A DNA stretch of 38,423 nt, from IMG/VR virus record IMGVR_UViG_3300031945_000013, positions 1 to 38,423 of that record, one strand, 5' to 3'. The position numbers were made by a program, and so were the translations under genes. Shown one piece after another: positions 8,625 to 16,784 of this stretch (position 1 is its first letter; every line of letters starts with the position of its first letter). The notes under the pieces were generated by a model that ran no database searches, was not told the DNA's origin, and saw only the letters and a list, made by a program, of their open reading frames with translations. Source of the DNA: a virus. Its lineage: Duplodnaviria; Caudoviricetes.

Positions 8625-9964
8625 TGAAAATACTAGTAATTGATGTCGGAAGTAACGCGCTCGATCTGTGCATGCGCTGGACGCGCCAGGGGCATGACGT
8701 GAAGTGGTACGACAAACCCCGGCCTAATGGGGACGACCGGCACGCCGGCGAGGGGATCATCCACAAGATCCGGAACTTTGACGATCTCCGGAAAAAATGG
8801 ATCGGGTGGGCGGATCTCATCTACACCCCGGACAATGTCTCGTATCTCGACATGCTGGAACCCTATCGGCGGATCGGGTATCCGATCTTCGGATGCAACC
8901 TTGATGCCGTCGAATGGGAACTGGACCGCGAAGTCGGGCAGAAAGTGATGGAAGAATGCGGCATGCCGGTCATTCCCGGAAAGACCTTCCACGATTACGA
9001 TTCAGCCATTGCTTATGTAAAAAAACAGGGTAAAGCTTTTGTCTCCAAGCCATCCGGTGATGGCGAGCGGGCAATGTCCTACGTTGCGAACTCTGCGGCT
9101 GATCTGATCTATATGCTGCAGCGCTGGAAAACAGTCCCGAAATACGTTAAAGCAGCCAAAGAAGACGGATTTATTCTGCAGGAAAAGGTTGACGGGATGG
9201 AGATGGCCGTAGGCGGGTGGTTCGGCCCGGACGGCTGGTCCAAGTATTGGGTGGAGAACTGGGAGAACAAAAAGCTGATGAATGGCGACCTGGGCGTTAA
9301 TACGGGCGAAATGGGCACTACTGTGCGCGTGGTCCGCAAGTCCAAGCTGGCCGATCAGGTTCTCAAGCCTGCTACTGACCATCTCCATCGCGTGGGGTAC
9401 GTCGGCTATGTTGATGTTAATTGCATGATAACGCACGATGGAACTCCCTATCCTCTTGAGTGGACAATGCGCGACGGCTGGCCTATCCGCCACAACCTGA
9501 CTGCACTTATTGAAGGCGATCAGGCGCAATGGATGCTTGACAAACTGAACGGACGGGATACCCTCAAGATCAGGCTCGACACGGTCTGCATCTCCGTTCT
9601 CATGGCACTGCCCGACTTCCCGTATTCGAAGATCACGAACAAAGAGTTATGCGGGATTCCGATCTACGGCGCGGAAGACATGGAACACCTGCACTGGTCC
9701 GAAGTCATGCTTGGCGACGCGCCTCGCGAGATCAACGGGAAGGTGCTGGACCTTCCGGGGCCCGTCACAGCAGGGGATTATGTTCTGGTTGCGACTGGAC
9801 TAGGCGAGACGATAACTGGAGCGCGCCGCAGCGTATACAGTGCCATAAAAAAGGTGAAGATACCCAATAGTCCATTTTACAGAACCGACATTGGTGCGGG
9901 ACGCCTGAAGAAGCAGTTGCCAGATCTTCAGAGATTGGGGTACGGGATTGGTCTTTCATATTAG
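8624..9964 (+). CDS. ATP-grasp amidoligase, PurD (GARS)-like fold, substrate unknown
   Basis: FVSKPSG, ILQEKVDGME, KKLMNGDLGVNTGEMG (cf. PurD GDTGPNTGGMG) and LEWTMRDGWP (cf. IEFNCRFGDP). Confidence 0.8.
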   Translation: MKILVIDVGSNALDLCMRWTRQGHDVKWYDKPRPNGDDRHAGEGIIHKIRNFDDLRKKWIGWADLIYTPDNVSYLDMLEPYRRIGYPIFGCNLDAVEWELDREVGQKVMEECGMPVIPGKTFHDYDSAIAYVKKQGKAFVSKPSGDGERAMSYVANSAADLIYMLQRWKTVPKYVKAAKEDGFILQEKVDGMEMAVGGWFGPDGWSKYWVENWENKKLMNGDLGVNTGEMGTTVRVVRKSKLADQVLKPATDHLHRVGYVGYVDVNCMITHDGTPYPLEWTMRDGWPIRHNLTALIEGDQAQWMLDKLNGRDTLKIRLDTVCISVLMALPDFPYSKITNKELCGIPIYGAEDMEHLHWSEVMLGDAPREINGKVLDLPGPVTAGDYVLVATGLGETITGARRSVYSAIKKVKIPNSPFYRTDIGAGRLKKQLPDLQRLGYGIGLSY

Positions 9965-9973
9965 GAGTCTCAC

Positions 9974-10156
9974 ATGCCAATTAAGAGTAAAGCTCAAAAT
10001 GCCGCGATGCATGCCGCCGCTTCCGGGAAGTCCAATCTGGGCATTCCCAAGAAGGTTGGCAAGGAATTCGTAAGCGCGCAGCACGGCAAGAAAGTCCCGA
10101 ACGTCGAAAAGGTTGCGAAAAACCAGAAAACGCGATCCACTCCGAGGAAGAAATGA
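9974..10156 (+). CDS. Small Lys-rich phage protein (60 aa)
   Basis: AGGAG RBS; MPIKSKAQ..M.AAA...GIP..VGKEF pattern. Confidence 0.7.
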   Translation: MPIKSKAQNAAMHAAASGKSNLGIPKKVGKEFVSAQHGKKVPNVEKVAKNQKTRSTPRKK

Positions 10157-10686
10157 CATCACGTTCCCGCAAGGCCGGCGGCATCAATGAGGCTTCCATC
10201 AAGTCGAAACTGGTGGAAGCCAAGGGCGATCTGTTCACGGCTGCCTGCTATCTCGACTGTACGGTCCGGGAACTGGACCAGTACATCCGTAGAAGTGCGG
10301 AGTTACAGGCTTTCGCCGCCACTGTGGAACAGGTAAAGGTCGACGCACGTTATAGTCGAATCAGTACGGAGCAGTTCGAGCAAAAAATTGCCGACCTCAA
10401 CCGCAGCTACGCTATCGACGGCCTGAACGAAGTCCACAAACTTGCCACGATGGAATTCGGTGATTCTGCCGCCCTCGCCAAGGTGAAACTTGATGCCGCA
10501 CTGGCCCTTCGCGGCACTGGTGGGCGGGCAGGTGTCAATAGTGAGACGGAGAGTGTCCTTGCAGAACTCAATAGCCTTTATCATGCGAATGCTCCTAGAA
10601 TAAAAGAGATACGACAAACGGTCATCACTCTACGGGATGAGCGGGAAGTGACTCAACAAGTGTACGAACTGCCGCAAGATCAATAA
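10153..10686 (+). CDS. HTH protein; candidate terminase small subunit or late regulator
   Basis: Fis-like HTH (LVEAKGDLFTAACYLDCTVREL) followed by helical oligomerisation-like segments. Confidence 0.45.
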   Translation: MTSRSRKAGGINEASIKSKLVEAKGDLFTAACYLDCTVRELDQYIRRSAELQAFAATVEQVKVDARYSRISTEQFEQKIADLNRSYAIDGLNEVHKLATMEFGDSAALAKVKLDAALALRGTGGRAGVNSETESVLAELNSLYHANAPRIKEIRQTVITLRDEREVTQQVYELPQDQ

Positions 10687-11428
10687 GTGCTTCATCGCGC
10701 TTTTTCTGGATGATTCGCCAGTCGGGTTCCTCGATCTTGTATTCGTGGTATTTTTTGATGCCAAGGTATCCGAGTTTCCCCATCTCCTCGATATGGCGCT
10801 TCATTCCGGAGTGGTAGACGGAATGGGCGCTGATCTTGCCTGCTTCCACCCATTCCCACGCCTGCTGGAAATGCTTTTCCTCTGGCCGCATGCGCTTTTC
10901 AATAAACCAGACGCGGGAAGGTGCCAGACAGTTTTTCATGTACTGCAATTGCGTGAACGGGATTCCTGTTTCTGCGGATAGCTCAGAGACCGTGAACGTC
11001 TGGCCGCGCGCCTTATCCCAGATCAGGTGTGCTACATCCGTGGTCGGGAACCGGGCGTCGATGCATTCCTCATGCGTGGTCCATGAGACAGGCATCGGGA
11101 TAACTCCGTACACCTCGTTCAGATCATTGCACGTGTTGATACGGTCCATTGAGTACGGGCACTCCACCATCACCGTAACGTCATTCTTCGTGGCGTAATG
11201 CGTGTCCTGTACGATCAGCAGACCGCCTTTCGCATGCCACTTATACAGCTGTTGTAAAGTAGGTGGAATCCAGCTGGCGAACTGGAAAACAGGCAAGTCG
11301 GCAACCAGACCGGTATCAAAATACACAGGCTTGATTGTTGTATAGCCACGGTTCAGGACCACGTGCGTGAAGTCCTGTAGTGCGCAGCGTACCGACTTCG
11401 CGATGTCGAGTGTCGAGTAAAGCCTCAT
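10625..11428 (-). CDS. Hypothetical protein (267 aa)
   Basis: Long ORF ending the leftward operon; converges on and overlaps 10153-10686. Confidence 0.65.
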   Translation of the reverse strand: MRLYSTLDIAKSVRCALQDFTHVVLNRGYTTIKPVYFDTGLVADLPVFQFASWIPPTLQQLYKWHAKGGLLIVQDTHYATKNDVTVMVECPYSMDRINTCNDLNEVYGVIPMPVSWTTHEECIDARFPTTDVAHLIWDKARGQTFTVSELSAETGIPFTQLQYMKNCLAPSRVWFIEKRMRPEEKHFQQAWEWVEAGKISAHSVYHSGMKRHIEEMGKLGYLGIKKYHEYKIEEPDWRIIQKKRDEALIDLAAVRTLVESLPAHPVE

Positions 11429-11553
11429 TTGTAATGCCTGTAATGGTATTTGAGCGCGCTACAAAGTAATACGAAAGAGGGGAACCAGTACGTAAGATCC
11501 TCGTACACAAAAGACCAGCCGCGGTACTTGTCTTTACGGATATGGGGTTTCAT
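11425..11553 (-). CDS. Hypothetical protein (42 aa)
   Basis: Hand-translated; ATGA overlaps with both neighbours. Confidence 0.45.
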   Translation of the reverse strand: MKPHIRKDKYRGWSFVYEDLTYWFPSFVLLCSALKYHYRHYK

Positions 11554-11855
11554 TTCAATCCCAAAGCGCGAAGCGCAAGCTGGCGTACCTCTTCCGTGAC
11601 CGCGTGACCAAGATCCTGCATATCGACCAGCCGGCGCACGAACGCCGCCAGATCGACCACGGCGCGGGTATCGCTGCGCAGGGGTGCGTAGAGGTTTTCG
11701 GGAGTTGCCTCAGCACGGACAGCCGCCTCTTTTACGTGGGTGAAGAAATGCTTTTCCACGCCGTGAATGCGCCGGCTGTTCTCCAGGTGAGCGCGTTCCA
11801 GAAACCGGATTCGCGCCTCCAGTTCCTTGAAACACTCGAATGATTCGTTATCCAT
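11550..11855 (-). CDS. Hypothetical protein (101 aa)
   Basis: ORF abutting the helicase stop, AGGAG RBS. Confidence 0.65.
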   Translation of the reverse strand: MDNESFECFKELEARIRFLERAHLENSRRIHGVEKHFFTHVKEAAVRAEATPENLYAPLRSDTRAVVDLAAFVRRLVDMQDLGHAVTEEVRQLALRALGLK

Positions 11856-13226
11856 CTATTTTCTCCTTTGCATAGCCTTCATCAAGATTTCCTGAACGCT
11901 CGCCTTGCTCTCCAGGCGTTCAAGTACATCAAAATCGACCGTATCGCCGGCCAGAATGTAGTGAATAAATACAGGTCTGTCATATCCCGATTGCGCCTGC
12001 CGTACCGGTCCTATCCGTTCAATAATCTGCGCATGCTCTTCCAGATTCCAGTTCACGGAGAAGAAACAGATTATGTTGCCCCCGTCCTGCAAAGATAGCC
12101 CGTGACCAGCGCTAGCAGGATGAGCGAAAAGAACAGGAATTTTCCCCGCATTCCAGTCGCGCAGAGTCTGGGGATTGCTGTCAAGCACGCGCCCGCGAGG
12201 AAAAGCGGAAACAAGACGAGCAAGATCGTGCTTAAAATGATAAGCAACAAGAACTGGCATACCGTTTGCCTCCTCGATAACGTCTTCAAGGGCTTGCAGT
12301 TTTGTATCGTGGATCTCCTGCCAGTTCTTCGATTCATCGGTATAGATCGCGCCATTTGCGATCTGGAGGCATTTCTGCGTCTTGCTGGCTGCGTTCAGCG
12401 CTTCGATTTCCGTCGGCCCGAGATGCCCCTCCAGTTCCAGGAACATTTTCTTCTCCATGTCCCGGTACTGGCGCCGCGCCTTGTAAGGCAGATCTACGAC
12501 TATCCGGTTGCGGATCGGTTCTGAGAGATTGAAGTAGTCCTTCGCATCCAGTGATAAGCACACGTCGGAGATGACCGTCTGAATCTCTGTTTGTGCATGG
12601 GCCAAGGGTTCCATTCCAAAGCCATCGAAACTCTTCCGAAACCACCGTTCCGAAAAAGCCGTGAACGACTTTCCAAGTCTCTGGCCCCCATCTACGAACC
12701 ACATCGGCCCCCATAGATCTCTCAATCCATTGGGAGCGGGCGTACCAGTCAATCCGATCCATCGATCCACCTTTTTGTGTGCGACTTCCGCAAGCGCCTT
12801 GGCGCGTTTCGTACCCTGGCGGGTGCGGAAGCCTTTCAGTTTCGTGACCTCATCCGCGACTATCGTCTTGAACGGCCACGGTCGAGGGTTGTACTTGAAC
12901 CACTCCACTAGCCACGGTACGTTTTCGTAGTTCGTGGTAAAGATATGCGAATCAGTGCGTAACGCAAGTGCCCTTTGCTCTTGTGTACCAACAACAGGCG
13001 TGCAAGGTAAGTCAAGCTTCCATTTCCTGACTTCGTCGGGCCACGTACTCTGCGCAACCCGAAGCGGCGCAATGACAAGCACCGGAGAGTCGTCAACGAG
13101 CGCCGCTGCCTCGATAGCCTTAAGCGTGCTAACGGTCTTTCCAAGACCCATAGGGACAAAGGCATTGCATCGCTCCTTTTCCAGAATGTGATCGACGATC
13201 AGCTGTTGGTATGGTCTAAGTTCCAT
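11856..13226 (-). CDS. SNF2-family (SF2) helicase
   Basis: MGLGKT Walker A, IVADEV, LTGTPAPNGL.DLW, HPASAGHGL.LQ and Q...RI.P.RQ motifs. Confidence 0.93.
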   Translation of the reverse strand: MELRPYQQLIVDHILEKERCNAFVPMGLGKTVSTLKAIEAAALVDDSPVLVIAPLRVAQSTWPDEVRKWKLDLPCTPVVGTQEQRALALRTDSHIFTTNYENVPWLVEWFKYNPRPWPFKTIVADEVTKLKGFRTRQGTKRAKALAEVAHKKVDRWIGLTGTPAPNGLRDLWGPMWFVDGGQRLGKSFTAFSERWFRKSFDGFGMEPLAHAQTEIQTVISDVCLSLDAKDYFNLSEPIRNRIVVDLPYKARRQYRDMEKKMFLELEGHLGPTEIEALNAASKTQKCLQIANGAIYTDESKNWQEIHDTKLQALEDVIEEANGMPVLVAYHFKHDLARLVSAFPRGRVLDSNPQTLRDWNAGKIPVLFAHPASAGHGLSLQDGGNIICFFSVNWNLEEHAQIIERIGPVRQAQSGYDRPVFIHYILAGDTVDFDVLERLESKASVQEILMKAMQRRK

Positions 13227-13318
13227 TCTTTTTTCTTCTGGTTAGCACCCATGACAAGCCCGATTGCACCTGCGCAAATAACACCCCAGAACAGTGCAAT
13301 AATTGTCCAGATACTCAT
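13199..13318 (-). CDS. Small TM peptide (39 aa)
   Basis: Hand translation MSIWTIIALFWGVICAGAIGLVMGANQKKKEWNLDHTNS; ATGA overlap with VRR-NUC. Confidence 0.45.
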   Translation of the reverse strand: MSIWTIIALFWGVICAGAIGLVMGANQKKKEWNLDHTNS

Positions 13319-13587
13319 TCCAGTTCTCCTATGAACAGATCCACTTCTTCTTTCGTTGAAATTACCCGGCAATTGGCCCCGTGAAGAATAATGCGTTTAT
13401 GGATGCGTACCTGATCCGCACGAAGCGTCTTGCCGGGCGCCTTCAGTTCCACGAAGTACACCTTAACTTTGTATATCACGATACGATCCGGCACGCCGCG
13501 AACGCCAGGGCTGGTGAACTTGAACGATATCCCACCAACTTCCTTTACGCGCTTCACGAAATAGGCTTCGATTTGCGATTCACGCAT
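13315..13587 (-). CDS. VRR-NUC domain nuclease
   Basis: MRESQIE, KFTSPG.RGVPDRIV, FVELKAPG and Q...H motifs; start refined to ATG 13587. Confidence 0.9.
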   Translation of the reverse strand: MRESQIEAYFVKRVKEVGGISFKFTSPGVRGVPDRIVIYKVKVYFVELKAPGKTLRADQVRIHKRIILHGANCRVISTKEEVDLFIGELE

Positions 13588-13697
13588 TACTCGCCCTTTA
13601 TCGCCAAAAGCAATATCTTCACCCCGCAATAGAAAATAACCGGTGCTGCTCCGCAAACGAAAATGCCAACCGCCCCTATAATATATTTTGCGTCCAT
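13587..13697 (-). CDS. Small TM peptide (36 aa)
   Basis: Hand translation MDAKYIIGAVGIFVCGAAPVIFYCGVKILLLAIKGE; TAATG coupling to VRR-NUC. Confidence 0.45.
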   Translation of the reverse strand: MDAKYIIGAVGIFVCGAAPVIFYCGVKILLLAIKGE

Positions 13698-13699
13698 GA

Positions 13700-13840
13700 T
13701 CACGCACGCGTAGCCTTGAAAATCGTCACCTGACCGCCGGCATGGCGAATCTTATTGGCGAGCTTTACGGCTTCGTACCAGTTGGTAGTGGAAAGAAGGA
13801 TCTTCGAATTCGTATCGCTAACAACGATGTATTCTTTCAT
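13700..13840 (-). CDS. Hypothetical protein (46 aa)
   Basis: Hand-translated MKEYIVVSD...FKATRA with GAGGG RBS. Confidence 0.5.
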   Translation of the reverse strand: MKEYIVVSDTNSKILLSTTNWYEAVKLANKIRHAGGQVTIFKATRA

Positions 13841-13847
13841 TATTCCC

Positions 13848-14027
13848 TCATGACGCGAACAGATAACCGTAAAGCGCACCCAGCAGGATCACGCCCACAG
13901 CGCACGCGACGATATCCCAGGCGTGCTGCTTCGGCGCCGGCGGCATCTGGAAGCGATGGTAAGGCCCGAACGCCTGCTGCGTGGTGCGGGGCGTGGCGCG
14001 GTAGTGCTTGTTATCCCGTGAAAACAT
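13848..14027 (-). CDS. Small protein with C-terminal TM helix (59 aa)
   Basis: AAGGAGAG RBS; MFSRDNKHYRATPRTTQQAFGPY...; directly downstream of a consensus promoter. Confidence 0.6.
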   Translation of the reverse strand: MFSRDNKHYRATPRTTQQAFGPYHRFQMPPAPKQHAWDIVACAVGVILLGALYGYLFAS

Positions 14028-14051
14028 GTTCTCTCCTTTGTCTGAGACTTC

Positions 14052-14079
14052 AGTATAGCAATTGCTGTAGAGTTGTCAA
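14052..14079 (-). promoter_or_regulatory. Sigma70-type promoter TTGACA-16-TATACT containing operator TATAGCAATTGCTGTA (14054-14069)
   Basis: Near-consensus hexamers with extended -10 TG; palindrome in the spacer/-10. Confidence 0.8.
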
Positions 14080-16130
14080 TCTTTTCTGTACCGGTAAGAT
14101 TCAAACCCGGCAGCGGCGAGCGGCAAGCCTTCTGCCCAATCCGGAACCGCGGACATGATCCGCGACAGATCGCTCGCGTTATACCGTTCCTCGTCCCGCG
14201 CATAGGTCAACAGTTCATCGTGAACCGGAACCACGATCCGGTAACCCGCATCCAGTACCGACTGGTAGCAGTTCTTGAAGACATCGCGCGCAACGGCCTG
14301 TGTACAATTTTCGCTTAGCTTACCGCCATAGGTAGAAATTACACTCCACTTGCGCGAGTACTGGTCGATCCCCTTGTAAGTCAGTTTGTCTCCGGCTTTG
14401 GGGTTTGCGTAGGAGATGGAGCGACCGGACGGCAGCATTAAGCGCAACCAGTTACCCTGTTTCTGGATGACCAGCTTACCGGCTTCGTAAATACGGCCCG
14501 GATTGTCTACGGCATTGCTGTAGGCACTTTCCAGCGCCGCCCACAGTTTTACCGTCTTCGGATGCGCGCGACGCCACAAACGTTTGAGCGAATCACAAGC
14601 TACGAACACCTCACGTGGAAGGCCGTACGTCGACCGCTTCGTCTCGATAGACCAGTTCCAGAAATTTATGGCTTCGTCCGTTACGTCATCCGGCAGGGCC
14701 AGACCTGAAGTCATCTGCTCCAGATCTAGGTTATAGACCGCAGCGAATGTGATGAATGACCCAACGCCGCCTCCAAAACCCATTGCAAGCTCCAGGACCT
14801 TTCCAACTTGCCGCCTCGCTTTTTCGATAGGGACGCCAAACGCGCGAGCGTACGAAGCCAGATACAAGTCTGGACCTATACCCGCATCGAAGTACTGAAA
14901 CGCTTGTAGCTTCCATTCTTCCCCCGCTAACCATGCCAGAACCCGGCCTTCGATGTTGGACAAATCCGCCACTACCAGTTTCTTACCCGGCGGCGCGATG
15001 ATGACGCCACGCATGGTGTTCGCGCACAGTTCCATCACGTTTTCCGTGAACAGATCCGCGCTACCCGCCTTTATGGCTTCAATCCCAAACTCGATATCCT
15101 CTGCTGCAAGCGTTGGGCGCATCAGGTTTTGCGGTTGAAATAGCCTCCCTGCATCCCGCCCAGTGCGACCAGCTCCTGAAAACTGTATGACTCCTCGCAG
15201 AAATCCGTCAGAGGAGGTTGCCCGGACGAGATTGTTATATTTTGAGACGCTGCTTGTGCTTGCGGCGAGGCGTAGGGCGATAAGTTCCCTAACCCCGTCG
15301 GGTAATAAAGGGTCCGTGAGTCTGCGTTCCAAAGTGTCTGATTTGAGATCGGGGAGTGAAACGCCATGTTCTGCCAGTATGTGGGCGAGGAGCGCGTCTC
15401 GTTTAGTGGCTGAAGATACCACGCCTCCGGTTGCTTCGTCAGTTCGTGCAGCGAGCGCAGCTTGCTCCCGGTCCACCGTTTCAATTGCAGCCTTTGCCAG
15501 TTCGATATCGACATAGATACCTGCCTGATTGATCTGTTGGTCCAGTTGCCAAAGCGCCAGTTCCGATTCGTTGTTCGGATAGTTCCACTTCGGCATTTTC
15601 TTGTGCAGTTCGCGCATCGCGCGAATATCGCTCTTCGCGTACTCCTTGAACTCTTCCCACTCCGCCGGATGCGTCTCGCGAGTAAAGCGCCGCACTTTAC
15701 TGTTAGCGGGACGCGGCATGCAGAACATGCGGATAAGCTGTTTGCCCCTCTTGTCTTTCGCCACATCCTCATCAAGACGGAAGATCGAACAGAGCGCATC
15801 AAGCGAACCGGGTAACCCGTGGCAGAGTGCCTGCACCATCGTGTCGCGATGGTCCACTTCTAGCATATGCTTATAGATATGTGGCTGAGCATGGCGAAGC
15901 ACTGGACGGTCAAACATACCGGAGTTATGGCCCCAGTACTCATCCGCCATATCAATAGCATGGATCAGTTCGTCAGGCATAGCACCTGGCGCGGTAAGAT
16001 CCCAGACCGAAACTGGCCCGTCGTCAACCGCCCACGCGAACAGCAATATCTCTGCGTTCTCCGCGTACCGGTGCGCGCCGTACGCGATTGGGATTTCACT
16101 CCATGTTTCGATGTCCCACCACAAGCGCAT
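14076..16130 (-). CDS. polA: DNA polymerase, family A, with 3'-5' exonuclease domain
   Basis: ExoI WDIET, motif A ADLSNIEGR, motif B RQVGKVLELAMGFG, motif C VHDEL. Confidence 0.95.
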   Translation of the reverse strand: MRLWWDIETWSEIPIAYGAHRYAENAEILLFAWAVDDGPVSVWDLTAPGAMPDELIHAIDMADEYWGHNSGMFDRPVLRHAQPHIYKHMLEVDHRDTMVQALCHGLPGSLDALCSIFRLDEDVAKDKRGKQLIRMFCMPRPANSKVRRFTRETHPAEWEEFKEYAKSDIRAMRELHKKMPKWNYPNNESELALWQLDQQINQAGIYVDIELAKAAIETVDREQAALAARTDEATGGVVSSATKRDALLAHILAEHGVSLPDLKSDTLERRLTDPLLPDGVRELIALRLAASTSSVSKYNNLVRATSSDGFLRGVIQFSGAGRTGRDAGRLFQPQNLMRPTLAAEDIEFGIEAIKAGSADLFTENVMELCANTMRGVIIAPPGKKLVVADLSNIEGRVLAWLAGEEWKLQAFQYFDAGIGPDLYLASYARAFGVPIEKARRQVGKVLELAMGFGGGVGSFITFAAVYNLDLEQMTSGLALPDDVTDEAINFWNWSIETKRSTYGLPREVFVACDSLKRLWRRAHPKTVKLWAALESAYSNAVDNPGRIYEAGKLVIQKQGNWLRLMLPSGRSISYANPKAGDKLTYKGIDQYSRKWSVISTYGGKLSENCTQAVARDVFKNCYQSVLDAGYRIVVPVHDELLTYARDEERYNASDLSRIMSAVPDWAEGLPLAAAGFESYRYRKD

Positions 16131-16150
16131 TTTGTTATCTCCTTTGTTGG

Positions 16151-16170
16151 AAAGGCCCTTTCGGGCCCCT
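16151..16170 (-). terminator. Hairpin GGCCC-TTTC-GGGCC after the SSB gene (weak terminator or processing site)
   Basis: GC stem with GAAA loop on the - strand and a short U tract. Confidence 0.45.
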
Positions 16171-16176
16171 GTTCAC

Positions 16177-16770
16177 TCAAGCAAGGTCCTCGGACTCTTC
16201 CGCTTCCACGCTATCAAAACCGTCATCCGAAGGACGCGAGGCCCCTCCGAACGAATCGCCCGGCGCGTGGTACTGAACGCCCATCAGACCCGAACGCATA
16301 CCGCGATGCGCACCCACCTGTGCCCAGATTTCAACCTTGGCGTTGACGTAGCAGCCTGCGTAGATCACACCCTCATCGCCCTTAAGACGCTTCGCTTTGC
16401 CTGTGGATGGATCGGTAACGTTATGCAGGAACAGCGGCGCGCCATCCTTGGCTTTCCGGATACCGGACAGCGCATAGCGGTCTTCGAATCCGTCATACAC
16501 CTCACCTGACTTGTCCTTCTTGTTCTTCTGGTAAGCGAACGCTTTTTTGTCGCCCCGGATGTCGTCAAGCATCGTTTTCCAGTTTTTGCCCCAGTTCACG
16601 GCTGCCTCTTTCTCGATAGCGGCCTGAATCGCCTTGTCGTTATCGCTGCCCGGTTCCACGATGAACGTGGCGCTGTGGCGGAAATCGCCCTTGCCTTCAT
16701 ACTGGCCGGGCGTGAACAGGTTTTCAATGAAAGCGATGCGTACATTCTTCAACAGAACTTGCGTACCCAT
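16177..16770 (-). CDS. Single-stranded DNA-binding protein (DUF2815 / T7 gp2.5-like)
   Basis: LKNVRIAF, IYAGCYVNA and GDSFGG motifs plus acidic C-terminal tail. Confidence 0.85.
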   Translation of the reverse strand: MGTQVLLKNVRIAFIENLFTPGQYEGKGDFRHSATFIVEPGSDNDKAIQAAIEKEAAVNWGKNWKTMLDDIRGDKKAFAYQKNKKDKSGEVYDGFEDRYALSGIRKAKDGAPLFLHNVTDPSTGKAKRLKGDEGVIYAGCYVNAKVEIWAQVGAHRGMRSGLMGVQYHAPGDSFGGASRPSDDGFDSVEAEESEDLA

Positions 16771-16784
16771 AATTTACATCTCCT

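Noticed and set aside
8624-9964. Annotation as genuine purD (auxiliary metabolic gene)
   Set aside because: The GSGGREH and EFNxRFGDPE signatures are altered and no other pur genes are present, so the symbol is withheld.
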